A program made the position numbers and the translations under genes. Shown in pieces: positions 11,535 through 21,406 of a stretch of 46,723 bases of DNA. Under the pieces are notes generated by a model, which was given only the letters and a program-made list of their open reading frames with translations, did not search any database and was not told the DNA's origin. Numbering within the stretch: position 1 is the stretch's first letter; each line of letters begins with the position of its first letter. The stretch is from Firmicutes bacterium UBA3914 (GTDB taxonomy: Bacteria; Bacillota; Limnochordia; Darwinibacteriales; Darwinibacteriaceae): contig DGEY01000060.1 in NCBI GenBank assembly GCA_002391385.1, positions 5,531 through 52,253 on the forward strand, in the 5' to 3' direction.

Positions 11535-12740
11535 ATGCAGGAGTATGATGAACTGGCGCAGCTTTTAGGAGAGCTGCTGCCCCGAGGCGCTCTGCTCAGG
11601 GCGGTCTTGAGCAAGCGGCGCCGCAAATCCATTCCCTATGAACGGGTGTCGCTGCGGCCTCTGGAATTAAGGGGCCGCTTACACTACCAAGCTGCTTACC
11701 ACCTGGGGGATAAGGTGCAGCACCGCAATCTCCTGCCCGGGGAGGCCGGCGAGCTGATCCGCGGGCTTCTGCAGGACGACTTCCGCCAAGCCCTCCTCTG
11801 TACGGAGGAGGCGGATTACCAGGTGCTCCTGGGCAAAAAGGGGGGAGGGAAGATCCTGCGCCAGCCGCCTTCCCAGCGTAGGGCAGAGGCGAACCTGGCC
11901 CACGACCGTCCCAAGCGCTACATCCTCCAGGAGGGCACCCCCTATCCCTTCTTGGTGGAGCTGGGGGTGATGAACAGCGCCGGACGGGTCTTGGCCAAGC
12001 GCTACCACAAGTTCCGGCAGCTCAACAAGTATTTGGAGATAGTGGAGGACTGCCTGCCCCATCTCCAGCCACGGGACGGCGGGGTGCTGAACGTGGTGGA
12101 TTTCGGCAGCGGCAGAGCCTATCTTACCTTTGCCCTCTATCACTATCTGGTGGAGGAGCTGCAGCTGCCCGTTCGCCTAACGGGTTTGGACCTGAAGGAA
12201 GATGTGGTGGCTTTCTGCAGCGAGATGGCCAAAAAGCTCGGCTACAAGCACCTGGAGTTTGTCTGCGCCGATATCCGGGACTTTGCCGCGGAGGGTCAAG
12301 TGGATCTGGTGGTTTCTCTGCATGCCTGCGATGTGGCCACCGATTTCGCCCTGGCCCAGGCTGTGCGGTGGGGCGCTCGGGTAATTTTGGCGGTCCCCTG
12401 CTGCCAGCACGAAATCTTCACTCAGCTCCAAAAGGGGACCCAGTCAGTGCTTTTGCAGCACGGCATCCTCAAGGAGCGCACCGCGGCGCTGCTCACCGAT
12501 GCCGCCAGGGGAAAGCTTCTGGAGATGCAGGGCTATGCTGTACAGATCATGGAGTTCATTGACCTGGAGCACACGCCCAAGAACCTGTTGATTAGGGCTT
12601 TCCGGGGCGGGCACCAAAAGCGCGGGCAGGCGGCCCGGGAATATGCCGAGTTTAAGGAGTATTGGGGCATCAAGCCCACTTTAGAAGTTCTTTTGGCGGA
12701 GGGGAACGGCCATGCTCAAGTTGAGCCCGGAAGTAAGTAA
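11535..12740 (+). CDS. SAM-dependent methyltransferase (Methyltransf_32/METTL25-like core with about 170-aa N-terminal extension)
   Basis: Motif I VVDFGSGRAYLT, then DLVVSLHACD and PCCQHE. Confidence 0.78.
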   Translation: MQEYDELAQLLGELLPRGALLRAVLSKRRRKSIPYERVSLRPLELRGRLHYQAAYHLGDKVQHRNLLPGEAGELIRGLLQDDFRQALLCTEEADYQVLLGKKGGGKILRQPPSQRRAEANLAHDRPKRYILQEGTPYPFLVELGVMNSAGRVLAKRYHKFRQLNKYLEIVEDCLPHLQPRDGGVLNVVDFGSGRAYLTFALYHYLVEELQLPVRLTGLDLKEDVVAFCSEMAKKLGYKHLEFVCADIRDFAAEGQVDLVVSLHACDVATDFALAQAVRWGARVILAVPCCQHEIFTQLQKGTQSVLLQHGILKERTAALLTDAARGKLLEMQGYAVQIMEFIDLEHTPKNLLIRAFRGGHQKRGQAAREYAEFKEYWGIKPTLEVLLAEGNGHAQVEPGSK

Positions 12741-13623
12741 CGCTTTAGCGCAAAACAAGCCGGTGGTGGCTTTAGAGTCCACCATTATCGCCCACGGCTT
12801 CCCCTATCCAGAAAACTACCAGCTGGCCTTGGAGCTGGAAGGGCTGCTTTGGGAGGAGGGGGTAGTACCGGCCACCATCGCCATCTTAGGGGGGCAGCTT
12901 AAGGTGGGGCTATCCGAAGAGGAGATCCACTATTTAGCCCAGTCCGGCGGTGTGCCCAAGGCCAGTCTGCGGGATGTTCCCCTCTTGGCGGCTTTAGGTT
13001 TGGATGGGGCCACAACCGTGGCTGCAACCATGCAGATCGCCCATTGGGCAGGCATCAAAGTCTTTGTCACCGGCGGCATCGGAGGGGTGCACCGGGCCGC
13101 GGAACAGACCTTTGATGTATCTGCCGATCTGCAGGCTTTAGCGATGTATAGTGTTATGGTAGTCTGTGCCGGGGCCAAATCGGTGCTGGATCTCCCCAAG
13201 ACCCTGGAGGTTCTGGAAAGCCAGGGCACCAGCGTCATCGGGTATCAAACGGACAGCTTTCCCGCCTTTTACCTCAGGGAGAGCGGCCTGAAGGTTGACT
13301 ACCGACTGGATGGGCCGGAGCAGATCGTGGAGGCCTTCCGGGTCAAAGAAAGGCTGGGCATCCCCGGCGGCATGGTTGTGGTGACACCCATTCCCGAGGA
13401 GGATGCCTTGGATGGGGAGCGGTTCAACGCCTGGCTGGAGCAGATTCTCGGAGAATGTGCCGCCCAGGGTATTACCGGCAAGGACGTGACTCCCTTTATC
13501 CTCCGCCGGCTGCACGAGATCAGCGGGGGCGAGACAGTGCGGGCCAATATCGCCCTGGTGAAGAACAACCTCAAGCTCGGCGCGCAGCTGGCCAAGGCCT
13601 ACTGCCGGGCGGGTCAGCCATGA
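12712..13623 (+). CDS. psuG: pseudouridine-5'-phosphate glycosidase
   Basis: LSPEVSNALAQNKPVVALESTIIAHGFPYPEN and full-length PsuG/YeiN-like sequence. The 5' end overlaps the methyltransferase 3' end by 29 nt. Confidence 0.92.
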   Translation: MLKLSPEVSNALAQNKPVVALESTIIAHGFPYPENYQLALELEGLLWEEGVVPATIAILGGQLKVGLSEEEIHYLAQSGGVPKASLRDVPLLAALGLDGATTVAATMQIAHWAGIKVFVTGGIGGVHRAAEQTFDVSADLQALAMYSVMVVCAGAKSVLDLPKTLEVLESQGTSVIGYQTDSFPAFYLRESGLKVDYRLDGPEQIVEAFRVKERLGIPGGMVVVTPIPEEDALDGERFNAWLEQILGECAAQGITGKDVTPFILRRLHEISGGETVRANIALVKNNLKLGAQLAKAYCRAGQP

Positions 13624-14510
13624 TCGGGGTCTTCGGAGACCTGGTCTTAGATATTTCCGTCAGAACCCACGGGCCCCTGCAGCCCCGCAGTGACGTTACG
13701 GGGGAGATCACCTGCCGGGGAGGGGGTTCCGCGGCCAACGTCGCGGCTTGGCTGGCCAGCTTGGGCAGTCAGGTGCGCTTGGCGGGAGCCGTGGGCAGCG
13801 ATCCCCTGGGCAGCCAGCTGGCTGCGGAGCTCGACAGCCTGGGAATCGAGCTTTTTCTCGTGGAAAAGCCCGGTCCCAGCGGGATGATTCTGCTCTTCGT
13901 GGATGAGCAGGGGGAGAGGACCATGGTCACCTCCCGGGGGGCCAACCTCCTCTTTGAGCCCATCGATCTATCTGAACGCTTTTTCACCGGCTTAGGCCAT
14001 CTGCACCTTACCGGCTATTCCTTCTTCGGTTCCGAGCCTTTGCGCGAAGCGGCAGCAGAGCTTCTGGACAGGGCGCGTCGGCGGGGCATCCCCTTCTCGG
14101 TGGATCCCGCTTCCTACGCCCTTTTGGCGGAGTTTGGTAGAGAAAGGTTTCTGCGGCTCACCCGCGGGGCGGCGGTGCTTTTTCCCAATCTGGATGAGGG
14201 CCGTGTCCTCACCGGGGCCAGGGAACCGGAGGCGGTGGCCCGTGAACTCCTCCGCTTTTACCCCCGGGTGGTGCTCACCCTGGGCGCCCAGGGCTGTCTG
14301 TGGGCGGCGGAGGAGGGGTTGGGCTTTGTGCCTGCCCCGGCTGTGGAGCCTGTGGATACAACAGGGGCCGGCGATGCCTTTGCCGCTGGTTTCCTCCACG
14401 CCTTCTGCCGCGGAGAGGGCTTGGCGGCAAGCGCCCGCATGGGTAGCGCCACCGCCGGTCGGTGCATCTGTGTCCGGGGGGCCCGACCTGCGGGGGATGG
14501 AACACCTTGA
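13620..14510 (+). CDS. psuK: PfkB-family carbohydrate/nucleoside kinase, pseudouridine kinase by context
   Basis: ATG 13620 overlaps the psuG stop codon (ATGA). Motifs GGGSAANVA and DTTGAGDAF. The track ORF from 13455 is an out-of-frame read-through extension. Confidence 0.78.
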   Translation: MIGVFGDLVLDISVRTHGPLQPRSDVTGEITCRGGGSAANVAAWLASLGSQVRLAGAVGSDPLGSQLAAELDSLGIELFLVEKPGPSGMILLFVDEQGERTMVTSRGANLLFEPIDLSERFFTGLGHLHLTGYSFFGSEPLREAAAELLDRARRRGIPFSVDPASYALLAEFGRERFLRLTRGAAVLFPNLDEGRVLTGAREPEAVARELLRFYPRVVLTLGAQGCLWAAEEGLGFVPAPAVEPVDTTGAGDAFAAGFLHAFCRGEGLAASARMGSATAGRCICVRGARPAGDGTP

Positions 14511-14534
14511 CAGCCGGTGTGATTATGTTAGAGT
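14507..14534 (+). promoter_or_regulatory. candidate sigma-A promoter for glnS
   Basis: TTGACA (14507-12), a 16-nt spacer, then TGtTAGAGT (extended -10, 14526-34). Motif match only. Confidence 0.4.
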
Positions 14535-14562
14535 GGATAAGAGGAAAGCTAGAGGAGAGGAT

Positions 14563-16233
14563 ATGCCGATGGATACCAACACCACCCCCAGCAACTTCAT
14601 CCGCAGCATTATTGAAGAGGACCTGGCTTCGGGCAAGGTTAAGAAGGTGGTCACCAGGTTCCCACCGGAGCCCAATGGCTACCTGCATATCGGGCATGCC
14701 AAGTCCATCTGCCTAAACTTCGGCTTAGCCAAGGATTACAACGGCACCTGCCACCTGCGTTTTGATGATACCAACCCGGAGAAAGAAGATGTGGAATACA
14801 TCGAAAGCATCATGGAGGACGTGCGCTGGCTGGGCTTTGACTGGGGCGAGCACCTGTACTACGCCTCCGATTATTTCCCCCAGCTTTACGATTTCGCGGT
14901 GGAGCTGATCAAACAGGGGAAGGCTTACGTCTGTGAGCTCAGCGCGGAGCAGATCCGGGAGTACCGGGGTACCCTGACCGAACCGGGCAAAGAAAGCCCT
15001 TACCGCAACCGCTCCGTGGAGGAGAATCTGGAGCTCTTCGAAAGGATGAAAAACGGCGAGTTCGAAGAGGGCAGCCATGTGCTCCGGGCCAAGATCGATA
15101 TGGCCGCGCCCAACGTGGTCATGCGGGATCCGGTGCTATACCGCATCAAGAAGGTGCCCCACCACCGCACAGGTGACCAGTGGGTGATTTATCCCATGTA
15201 TGATTTTACCCACTGTCTGTCCGATGCCATCGAGGGCATTACCCATTCCATCTGCACGCTGGAGTTCGAGAACAACAGGCCGCTCTACGAGTGGATCCTG
15301 GAACAGGTTTATCCCAAACCCCATCCCCAGCAGATCGAGTTTGCCCGCTTGAACTTGAGTTATACCGTGATGAGCAAGCGCAAACTGCTGCAGCTGGTGG
15401 AAAAGGGCATTGTGCGGGGCTGGGACGATCCCCGGATGCCCACCCTGGCCGGCCTGCGCCGCCGGGGCTACACACCTGAAGCCATCCGGGATTTCTGCGA
15501 GCGCATCGGTGTGGCCAAGGCCAACAGCATCGTAGATTACGCCCTGCTGGAGCACTGCCTGCGGGATGATCTCAACCAAAAGGCACCCCGGGCCATGGCG
15601 GTGCTGCGTCCCCTGAAGGTGGTGATTGAAAACTACCCAGAGGGCCAGGTGGAGTACCTGGAAGCGGTGAACAACCCCAATGATCCGAAAGCGGGCACCC
15701 GTTTGGTTCCCTTTGCTCGGGAGATCTTTATCGAACGGGATGACTTTATGCTCGATCCGCCGAAGAAGTTCTACCGCTTGGCTCCGGGCCGGGAGGTACG
15801 CCTGCGCTTCGCCTATTTCATCAAGTGTACCGACGTGATCCTCGATGAGGCCGGGAATGTGGTGGAACTGCGGGCCGTTTACGATCCCGAGACCAAGGGC
15901 GGATCCGCTCCGGATGGGCGCAAGGTGAAGGCCACGCTGCACTGGGTGGCGGCGGAGCATTCCCTGCCCGCGGAGGTGCGCCTCTACGATCACCTGTTCA
16001 ACAAGGAGGATCCCAACGAGGGCGATCTCTTTGAGAACCTCAATCCCAACTCCCTGGAGGTTCTCAGCGATGCCCGGGTTGAGTTGAGCCTGAAGGATGT
16101 TCAGCCCGGCGACAAGTTCCAGTTCGAGCGGCTCGGGTATTTCTGCGCCGACCTCGATTCCACGGCGGAGCGGCTGGTTTTCAACCGCACGGTACCCCTG
16201 AAGGATACCTGGGCCAAACTGCAGAAGAAGTAG
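14563..16233 (+). CDS. glnS: glutamine--tRNA ligase
   Basis: ATG 14563 follows [25 protein letters not shown] (HIGH motif) and VMSKRK (KMSKS motif). 556 aa of GlnRS-like sequence. Confidence 0.95.
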   Translation: MPMDTNTTPSNFIRSIIEEDLASGKVKKVVTRFPPEPNGYLHIGHAKSICLNFGLAKDYNGTCHLRFDDTNPEKEDVEYIESIMEDVRWLGFDWGEHLYYASDYFPQLYDFAVELIKQGKAYVCELSAEQIREYRGTLTEPGKESPYRNRSVEENLELFERMKNGEFEEGSHVLRAKIDMAAPNVVMRDPVLYRIKKVPHHRTGDQWVIYPMYDFTHCLSDAIEGITHSICTLEFENNRPLYEWILEQVYPKPHPQQIEFARLNLSYTVMSKRKLLQLVEKGIVRGWDDPRMPTLAGLRRRGYTPEAIRDFCERIGVAKANSIVDYALLEHCLRDDLNQKAPRAMAVLRPLKVVIENYPEGQVEYLEAVNNPNDPKAGTRLVPFAREIFIERDDFMLDPPKKFYRLAPGREVRLRFAYFIKCTDVILDEAGNVVELRAVYDPETKGGSAPDGRKVKATLHWVAAEHSLPAEVRLYDHLFNKEDPNEGDLFENLNPNSLEVLSDARVELSLKDVQPGDKFQFERLGYFCADLDSTAERLVFNRTVPLKDTWAKLQKK

Positions 16234-16242
16234 CAAGCGATC

Positions 16243-16281
16243 AAAAAAGGGGAACCCGGGCCTGAGCTTGGGTTCCCCTTT
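16243..16281. terminator. shared terminator between convergent glnS and luxS
   Basis: AAAGGGGAACCC(16246-57)/GGGTTCCCCTTT(16270-81), a 12-bp stem. The A6 tract on the left gives a U-tract for the minus-strand (luxS) transcript. Confidence 0.72.
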
Positions 16282-16288
16282 AGCGCGG

Positions 16289-16753
16289 CTAGCTCTTCGC
16301 CGCTTGGTATCTTTCTGCCAGCCTTTCTTTCACCGCCCTGGCGTATTCCTTGGCGCCGAACAGGGAGAGGTCCCGGTAGTTGCCGCACTGCACGGGGCTG
16401 CGGGCCGGGACTGTCTCTGCTTCCAGCACTTTCCCCAAGGCGCGAATCAGGGCCTGGGCAACCTCAGCTTCACTGGCCTGGCCCAGTTTGATCAGGTAGA
16501 ACCCCGTGCGGCAGCCCATGGGGGAAAGGTCGATCACCCCCTGCAGTTCTGCCCGGAGGAATCCCGCCAGGAAGTGCTCCAGCGCGTGCACCGCGCCGGT
16601 GGACATAATCTCCTGATTGGGCTGGGTGAAGCGGAGATCGTACTTCGTGATGACATCACCCTTGGGGGTGTGGAAGATCTCCGCCTGCCGGACATACGGT
16701 GCCTGAACCTTGGTGTGGTCCAGGGAAAAGCTCTCTACTTTAATCTCGTTCAT
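16289..16753 (-). CDS. luxS: S-ribosylhomocysteine lyase
   Basis: HALEH metal motif and a conserved Cys (MGCRTGFY). 154 aa. Confidence 0.95.
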   Translation of the reverse strand: MNEIKVESFSLDHTKVQAPYVRQAEIFHTPKGDVITKYDLRFTQPNQEIMSTGAVHALEHFLAGFLRAELQGVIDLSPMGCRTGFYLIKLGQASEAEVAQALIRALGKVLEAETVPARSPVQCGNYRDLSLFGAKEYARAVKERLAERYQAAKS

Positions 16754-16757
16754 GGCC

Positions 16758-17453
16758 TCATCCTTCCGGTGCTTCTGTGCTGATGCGGTTCAGCTCATCC
16801 AGGAGCGCTTGGATCGCCTCCCCTTTAGCTTCCTGGTTGAGCATCTGGCGGGGAGTCATGTCCCCATCCCAGTACACCCGGTTGGCACTGGCGTTGTTGT
16901 TGATGGTGGAACCTTCCAAAGAAGCGCCAGCAAAAACGCCGCGGCTCATGGAGTAGCTGTACATGGCCGCTTTCAGCTGGATGTCGGTGCCCGCCTCCGC
17001 AGAGCGGCCCACGGGTCCCGCGGCCAGGGAGATGTTGCCGCCTAAGGTGATCCGCCCCTCCTGCAGGCTTTTGATGCCTTCTTCCGTGGCCACCACCAAA
17101 ACCAGGGAGATGTTCTGCAAACCGATCTGCAGTCCATAGGAGAGGCCCATCATTTCTACGAAATAGGGGCCGTACCACTTGCCTGTGGACTCATCGCGCC
17201 TAAGCACTACCCCTTCGCCGTATCTGCCGCCCACGCCCAGCCCCGCCTTGATAACCGACGGGAAGATGGCGACTCCGTGGGCGGTGCGCAGCATGCTCTG
17301 GAGCTGTTCAGAGTCTGGCTGCTGGGTCATCTCTTTCAGGACGGCGGCGGCTTCTTCCAAGATTTCCCCGGGAAGCTTAGCCGCGGCGGCAAGACTGCTG
17401 AACAGGAGGACCAAAATCAGCGCCAAACACAGTACTCTCTTCATCCCTTTCAC
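16758..17453 (-). CDS. secreted SYLF (Ysc84/DUF500) lipid-binding-domain protein
   Basis: Signal peptide MKRVLCLALILVLLFSSLAAAA, then GVAIFPSVIKAGLGVGGRYGEGVV...TLGGNISLAAGPVGR, which is typical of SYLF. Confidence 0.78.
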   Translation of the reverse strand: MKGMKRVLCLALILVLLFSSLAAAAKLPGEILEEAAAVLKEMTQQPDSEQLQSMLRTAHGVAIFPSVIKAGLGVGGRYGEGVVLRRDESTGKWYGPYFVEMMGLSYGLQIGLQNISLVLVVATEEGIKSLQEGRITLGGNISLAAGPVGRSAEAGTDIQLKAAMYSYSMSRGVFAGASLEGSTINNNASANRVYWDGDMTPRQMLNQEAKGEAIQALLDELNRISTEAPEG

Positions 17454-17527
17454 TTCCTTTCTAGAGTCGATACTCTGCTAGGGCAACCCTTTCCAGAATA
17501 TACATGGGAAGGAAAGGGGGCCCAAGC

Positions 17528-18283
17528 ATGTCCCGTTTGTACATTCTCATCCTGCCCAAGGGTGTGGGCTGGTGTATTCTAGCCGCCTTAGGTGTGGTGA
17601 TCCTGCTGGCCCTTTACCACAACTATCCCTTGGGTCTACACGCCTTGAGCCTCCTGCATCAAGAGATCGTCTATGATGTGATGCTGGATGCGGGGCACGG
17701 CGGCATCGACCCAGGGGCCATTGGGGCAGGTGAGCTCTATGAAAAAGACTATGTGCTGGACATCGTGCTGCAGATGGCCGCAATCCTGGAAAGCAGGGGC
17801 CTGAAGGTGGGGCTCACCCGGGATTCTGATCGCGATGTGAGCCACCTGGTGAGTGAAGGCACCCGCCACCGCCGGGATCTCCTGGGCCGTTTTAAGCTCA
17901 TGAACCAGGCCCAGGTGGGCATGAGCGTGCACGCCAATGCGGCTAAGGATTCCAGCGAAGCTGGGGCCATCGTGTTTTTCATGAAAGACAGCTACCTGGG
18001 TGAGCGCTACGCCCAGCTGGTGCTGGAAGAGCTGGCCAAGGTGCAGGTGCTCAATGAGCGGGCACCCATACCCCGCAGCACGCTCCTGCTTTTAAAGGCC
18101 AGGCCCCCCGTTGTCCTGGTGGAAGTGGGGTTCATGTCCAATCCAGCTGACCTCGCCAAACTTGGCGATCCCCAGTTCCGCTCGGCACTGGCCCAAAGGC
18201 TCAGCCAGGCCATCCTGCATTTCTGGGAGTGGCGCCATGCTGAGCAGTCAGAGCTGGGCCCTCAGCCGCTGCAGCAGCCCTAG
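17528..18283 (+). CDS. cwlD: N-acetylmuramoyl-L-alanine amidase, CwlD-like (germination-specific)
   Basis: One N-terminal TM helix, then the Amidase_3 motifs DAGHGGIDPGA, SVHANA and VEVGFMSNP. I prefer ATG 17528 behind GGAAAGGGGG over ATG 17504. Confidence 0.8.
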   Translation: MSRLYILILPKGVGWCILAALGVVILLALYHNYPLGLHALSLLHQEIVYDVMLDAGHGGIDPGAIGAGELYEKDYVLDIVLQMAAILESRGLKVGLTRDSDRDVSHLVSEGTRHRRDLLGRFKLMNQAQVGMSVHANAAKDSSEAGAIVFFMKDSYLGERYAQLVLEELAKVQVLNERAPIPRSTLLLLKARPPVVLVEVGFMSNPADLAKLGDPQFRSALAQRLSQAILHFWEWRHAEQSELGPQPLQQP

Positions 18284-18964
18284 CACGACTTGGTTCAAGC
18301 CCGCCAGAACTTCATCTAGGGTTTGGTAGAAGGCCTGGCCCGCCTCTTCATCAGCTTGATCAGACATGGCCTGCAAGCTGAGGTAGGGTATGCCGTTTGC
18401 CGCTGCCACCTGGGCGATGGCCGCGGCTTCCATGTCTGTGCACAGGGCCCCGGGGAAAAACCGGAGGATTTCCTCCCTCTGCTCCCGGGAATGGACAAAG
18501 AGATCGCCTGAGACCACCAGGCCCTGATGTACCCGCTGAGCCCCCAGCTTTTCCACGGCTGCTTCCGCTGCCAATTCCACCAGATCGGGATCCGCGGGGA
18601 AGAGGCTTGTGGCCAGCCGCGGGATTACTCCCCGCTCATAGCCAAACCCCCGGGCATCCACATCATGCTGCTGAGCTCCCGTGGAGATGACCACATCGCC
18701 AATACGCACCTCGGGGCTGATGGCCCCCGCTACCCCGCAGGTTAGAATCACCCGGGGTTTGAAATGATCTATGGTGTATTGAGTCGCCAAGGCGGCGTTG
18801 ACTTTTCCAATGCCGCAGCGCGCGAGCACCGCATCCAGACCCAGCAGCTGGCCCCGGTAAATGGGCAGATCCACAAAGGACGCTGCCACTTCCTGTGCCT
18901 GGGACAGCTGGGCGCGCAGCTGTGCCACTTCTTCTTCCATGGCTGCGATTATTGCCACATCCAA
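18248..18964 (-). CDS. mtnN: 5'-methylthioadenosine/S-adenosylhomocysteine nucleosidase
   Basis: [17 protein letters not shown] and [11 protein letters not shown] motifs. 238 aa. Confidence 0.9.
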   Translation of the reverse strand: MDVAIIAAMEEEVAQLRAQLSQAQEVAASFVDLPIYRGQLLGLDAVLARCGIGKVNAALATQYTIDHFKPRVILTCGVAGAISPEVRIGDVVISTGAQQHDVDARGFGYERGVIPRLATSLFPADPDLVELAAEAAVEKLGAQRVHQGLVVSGDLFVHSREQREEILRFFPGALCTDMEAAAIAQVAAANGIPYLSLQAMSDQADEEAGQAFYQTLDEVLAGLNQVVLGLLQRLRAQL

Positions 18965-19081
18965 GTTGTTTCACCTCCGGTTTTAGTCTACCACAAAGTG
19001 GGATGGCAGGGAAGGTACCTCACCCGCAGTGTCGTATTGAGTAGAAAGGGAAAGAGCTTTGAGAAGGGAAGGATTCTAGAA

Positions 19082-20428
19082 GTGCGAGAACTTCTTTTTA
19101 ACCACAGTTACGCGGGGCCCTTTGTGCGCCCAGATGAACTAGAGCACCTGGCACCGGCGGTGGCCCTGGCCCACAGGCAGCTGCACGAGGGGTCAGGTGC
19201 CGGGAGCAGTTTTTTGGGCTGGCTCGATCTTCCGGCCAAGTTTGATCGTGGGGAACTGGCCCGCCTGAAGGAGGCCGCCCAACGGATCCAGCAGCAGAGC
19301 CAGGCCCTGATCGTGATCGGCATCGGCGGGTCTTATCTGGGAGCCCGGGCCGTGATTTCCGCGCTATCCCACTCCTTTTACAACGTGCTGAGGAGCGAGG
19401 TCCGCCAGTGGCCCCAGATTTTCTTTGCGGGGCAGAACATCAGCGGGAAGTACCTTGAGGATCTGCTGGAGCTCGTGGCCGACCTGGACATTTCCGTGAA
19501 CGTGATCTCCAAATCCGGCACCACCACGGAGCCTGCCATCGCCTTCCGCCTTTTCCGGGAGCTTTTGGAGAAGAAATATGGGGCGGCAGGGGCCAGGGAG
19601 AGGATCTACGTCACCACCGACAGCTCCAAAGGTGCCCTGCGGGCCATGGCGGAAGCGGAAGGTTACACCAGCTTTGTTATACCCGACGATGTTGGGGGCA
19701 GGTTTTCCGTTTTGACGCCGGTGGGGCTCCTGCCCATCGCCGCAGCCGGCATTGACATCGAGGCGCTCCTGGAGGGTGCGGCCGCGGCCCGGGGCTGGTT
19801 CAGCCGGCCGGAGCTCAGTGAAAACGGTGCCTACCAGTATGCGGCCCTGCGCAGCATTCTCCAGCGCAAAGGGAAGAGCATCGAGGTTTTGGTGAACTAC
19901 GAACCTTCCCTCCACTATTTCAGCGAATGGTGGAAACAGCTGTTTGGCGAAAGCGAGGGCAAGGACCACAAGGGCATCTACCCAGCCAGCGTCAACTTCA
20001 CAACCGATCTCCATTCCCTGGGCCAGTTTATGCAGGACGGTGCCCGCAGCCTCTTTGCCACCACCATCTGGGTGGAAACAGGGGCAGGGCTGGAGGTACC
20101 CCATGATCCCGGCGACCGGGACGGACTCAACTACCTGGCGGGCAGAACCCTTGCTGAAATCAACCGGAAGGCTTTTCAGGGCACGCTCTTGGCCCATACC
20201 GACGGGGGAGTGCCCAACCTGGTGGTGGATGTACCCGAGCTGAGCCCCTTCTACCTCGGGGCACTGATTTACTTCTTCGAAAAGGCTTGTGCCCTGAGCG
20301 GTTACCTTTTGGGGGTCAATCCTTTCGATCAGCCCGGCGTGGAGATGTACAAGCGGAATATGTTTGCCCTCCTGGGCAAGCCGGGCTTTGAGGAGGCCAG
20401 GAAACAGCTGGAGCAGCGGTTGAAGTAG
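19082..20428 (+). CDS. pgi: glucose-6-phosphate isomerase (Bacillus-type, about 450 aa)
   Basis: [12 protein letters not shown] and [10 protein letters not shown] motifs. GTG 19082 follows GAAGGGAAGGA. The upstream part of the track ORF is antisense to mtnN. Confidence 0.9.
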   Translation: MRELLFNHSYAGPFVRPDELEHLAPAVALAHRQLHEGSGAGSSFLGWLDLPAKFDRGELARLKEAAQRIQQQSQALIVIGIGGSYLGARAVISALSHSFYNVLRSEVRQWPQIFFAGQNISGKYLEDLLELVADLDISVNVISKSGTTTEPAIAFRLFRELLEKKYGAAGARERIYVTTDSSKGALRAMAEAEGYTSFVIPDDVGGRFSVLTPVGLLPIAAAGIDIEALLEGAAAARGWFSRPELSENGAYQYAALRSILQRKGKSIEVLVNYEPSLHYFSEWWKQLFGESEGKDHKGIYPASVNFTTDLHSLGQFMQDGARSLFATTIWVETGAGLEVPHDPGDRDGLNYLAGRTLAEINRKAFQGTLLAHTDGGVPNLVVDVPELSPFYLGALIYFFEKACALSGYLLGVNPFDQPGVEMYKRNMFALLGKPGFEEARKQLEQRLK

Positions 20429-20438
20429 GAGGCATTCC

Positions 20439-21386
20439 ATGAGACCTGAACTTTATCCTTTGACGTTTCACCCCATCTACAAAGAGAAGATCTGGGGAGG
20501 CAGGCGGCTGGAACAGATCCTGGGACGGGCCCTGCCTCCCGGATCCGTCGGCGAAAGCTGGGATGTGGCCGCACATCCCCACGGCACCAGCGTGGTGGAA
20601 CGGGGGCCTTTGGCGGGCAAGAACCTGGTGGAATTGATGGAAGAATATGGTGAAGAGCTGCTGGGCAGCGCTGTTCCCGCCTCGGGGAGGTTTCCCCTTT
20701 TGTTTAAGCTCATCGACGCCCAGGATGACCTTTCGGTGCAGGTCCATCCCCACGATGACTATGCCCAGGCGCAGGGCGAGCCGTGGGGCAAAACCGAGTT
20801 GTGGTATATAGTGCACAGCGAGCCCGGTGCCTGGATCGTCTGGGGTCTGAAGCCCGGCGTGACCAAAGGTCAGTTCGCCCAGGCCATTGAGGAGGGGGGC
20901 CAGGCCATCTTAGCCTGCCTAAACAAGGTCCCTGTCCGGCCAGGTGAGATCTACCCCGTCTCCGCGGGACTGGTGCATGCTTTGGGGGCAGGCTGCCTGG
21001 TCGCGGAGATCCAGCAGAATTCCGATACCACCTACCGGGTCTACGATTGGGACCGCGTCGATGCCCAAGGGCAATCCCGCGAGCTCCATATCCAAGAGGC
21101 GCTGGATGTGATCGATTTTTCGCCCCGAGCCCTTGATGGAGGCTACCAGCTGGCCCGCTGCTCCCGTTATTTTCACTTCGCCGTGCTGGACAAACCCCAA
21201 GGGCTTCTCCTTGAGCTGGAAGATAGGTTCCAGGTTTTAACTGCTCTAGGGGGGAGGGCGGAGATTAGGTGTCAAGGTTCCGTCTCCGAGCTGGCGGCGG
21301 GCCAGTCCTGCCTGCTGCCCGCGGCTTTGGGCAGCTGCTGGCTGCAGGCGGAAGGTGTTGTGCTGCAGAGCAGCCCCCCTAGGTAG
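20439..21386 (+). CDS. manA: mannose-6-phosphate isomerase, class I
   Basis: PIYKEKIWGG, QVHPHDDYA and ELWY motifs. 315 aa. Confidence 0.88.
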   Translation: MRPELYPLTFHPIYKEKIWGGRRLEQILGRALPPGSVGESWDVAAHPHGTSVVERGPLAGKNLVELMEEYGEELLGSAVPASGRFPLLFKLIDAQDDLSVQVHPHDDYAQAQGEPWGKTELWYIVHSEPGAWIVWGLKPGVTKGQFAQAIEEGGQAILACLNKVPVRPGEIYPVSAGLVHALGAGCLVAEIQQNSDTTYRVYDWDRVDAQGQSRELHIQEALDVIDFSPRALDGGYQLARCSRYFHFAVLDKPQGLLLELEDRFQVLTALGGRAEIRCQGSVSELAAGQSCLLPAALGSCWLQAEGVVLQSSPPR

Positions 21387-21400
21387 GCTGCTCTCGTTTT
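21367..21400 (+). terminator. terminator-like hairpin spanning the manA stop codon, directly before the znuA start
   Basis: AGAGCAGC(21367-74)/GCTGCTCT(21387-94), an 8-bp stem with 12-nt loop, followed by CGTTTT. Confidence 0.4.
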
Positions 21401-21406
21401 GGAAAG

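Noticed and set aside
14134-14562. N-terminal extensions in the ORF track (this one on glnS; also 1290-1619, 5592-5633, 13455-13619, 18764-19081, 24671-24826, 26984-27058, 29632-29763, 31770-31859, 33484-33543, 40309-40404)
   Set aside because: The extensions run through the preceding gene in another frame or strand and lack homology. Internal ATG/GTG/TTG starts with good RBSs and stop/start overlaps give proteins of canonical length.
14511-14562. Possible T-box leader upstream of glnS
   Set aside because: Only 52 nt are available, with no specifier-loop or T-box sequence. That is too short for a T-box riboswitch.
15136-16236. 366-aa ORF on the minus strand
   Set aside because: It is fully antisense to glnS, which has unambiguous HIGH/KMSKS motifs. 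Its composition is typical of a GC-rich shadow ORF (Gly/Leu/Pro/Ala/His-rich), and I recognise no family.
19364-20440. 358-aa minus-strand ORF; the same applies to 45019..45870 (+), 526..1353 (-), 9119..9814 (-), 9818..10564 (-) and 29755..30471 (-)
   Set aside because: All are antisense to genes with clear family motifs (pgi, GH65, mnmA, sfsA/HAD, DegT). Long shadow ORFs like these are expected at this GC content.
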